64,000 bases of DNA from Podarcis tiliguerta (lineage: Eukaryota). Numbering within the stretch: position 1 is the first letter of the stretch; every line of letters starts with the position of its first letter. The stretch lies in the NCBI GenBank assembly GCA_965153285.1, contig OZ229119.1, one strand, 5' to 3'. Both the position numbers and the translations under genes were made by a program. Of the stretch, positions 63,470-64,000 are shown one piece after another. The notes beneath the pieces are model-generated. The model had not been told where the DNA came from. It ran no database searches and saw only the letters and a program-made list of their open reading frames with translations.

Positions 63470-63705
63470 AGGTAGTGGCACTCTTCCTGTGGAATGCCCT
63501 CCCATCAGATGTCAAGGAAATAAAATAACTATCTGACTTTTAGAAGATATCTGAAGGTAGACCTGTTTAGGGAAGTTTTTAATGCTTGATATTTTAATGT
63601 GCTTTTAATATATTGTTGTGAGCCACCCAGAGTGGTTGGAGAAACCCAGTCAGATGTGTGGTGTATAAACAATAAAATTATTAATTATTATAATTATTAT
63701 TATTT
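63470..63705 (+). mobile_element. L2 LINE 3' end
   Basis: Reverse complement of the 14290/25305 family (ctcccatcagatgtcaaggaaata..gtttagggaagtttttaatg) with an (ATT)n tail. Confidence 0.8.
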
Positions 63706-63976
63706 CTGCAACAAATATATTAATCACCTTCTAAACTACTGTCTAAAGTTAATTTATACATGAAATAATTAAACACAGTTGAAAACACAAAATAATACCT
63801 TTTAAACAAGACTGAAATCCCTACAAGTGGTAAAGTCCCTATTATCCTGTTGAAAAGCCCATTAGAACAAAATTGTCTTCAACTGTTTCTGGAATGTGGG
63901 CACTTGCCATATCTTGATAGGACTGCTGTTCGACAGAACAGGGGCAGCCATATTGCTGATACCTGCCTGCCAACTA

Positions 63977-64000
63977 TAGTGGTACCTCGGGTTACATACG
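63977..64000. mobile_element. Left TIR of another Tigger-like MITE, cut by the window edge
   Basis: TA|tagtggtacctcgggtta, near-identical to the TIR at 1113. Confidence 0.75.

Noticed and set aside
43330-64000. Coding exons of neighbouring ACSS3 (and MYF5 at the left end of the window)
   Set aside because: No acyl-CoA synthetase or bHLH peptide is recognisable in the ORF track or sequence; these genes probably lie outside the window.

Overview
Vertebrate genomic DNA. The Sauria SINEs, CR1/L2 LINEs and Penelope remnants point to a squamate, probably a lacertid lizard (inference). The one protein-coding gene is LIN7A (L27 + PDZ scaffold), on the minus strand. It has five coding exons with canonical GT-AG junctions (42966-42921, 32863-32745, 17381-17310, 13816-13607, 12704-12498; 654 nt, 217 aa), a CpG-island promoter near 42.3-43.3 kb, and a probable non-coding sixth exon (11382 to about 7247) ending at an AATAAA/GU-rich poly(A) site. 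The rest is intron or intergenic DNA dense in transposon remnants. Most short ORFs in the supplied track are spurious or TE-derived. I see no clear novel multi-gene system. The best leads are: (1) an intact-looking minimal hammerhead ribozyme behind CCAAT/TATA/Inr-like motifs in a Penelope-type repeat, antisense in LIN7A intron 2; (2) a young CR1 inserted antisense into a CR1-tailed tRNA SINE, giving an ATG-initiated 608-aa RT ORF between inverted repeats; (3) the mammalian LIN7A N-terminal extension surviving as an out-of-frame CUG uORF; (4) possible alternative LIN7A C-termini at a stop codon that sits on a splice donor; (5) an acidic, Trp-rich ORF starting inside an LTR-like terminus. Comparisons to human LIN7A and the repeat family names come from recall, not from a search.
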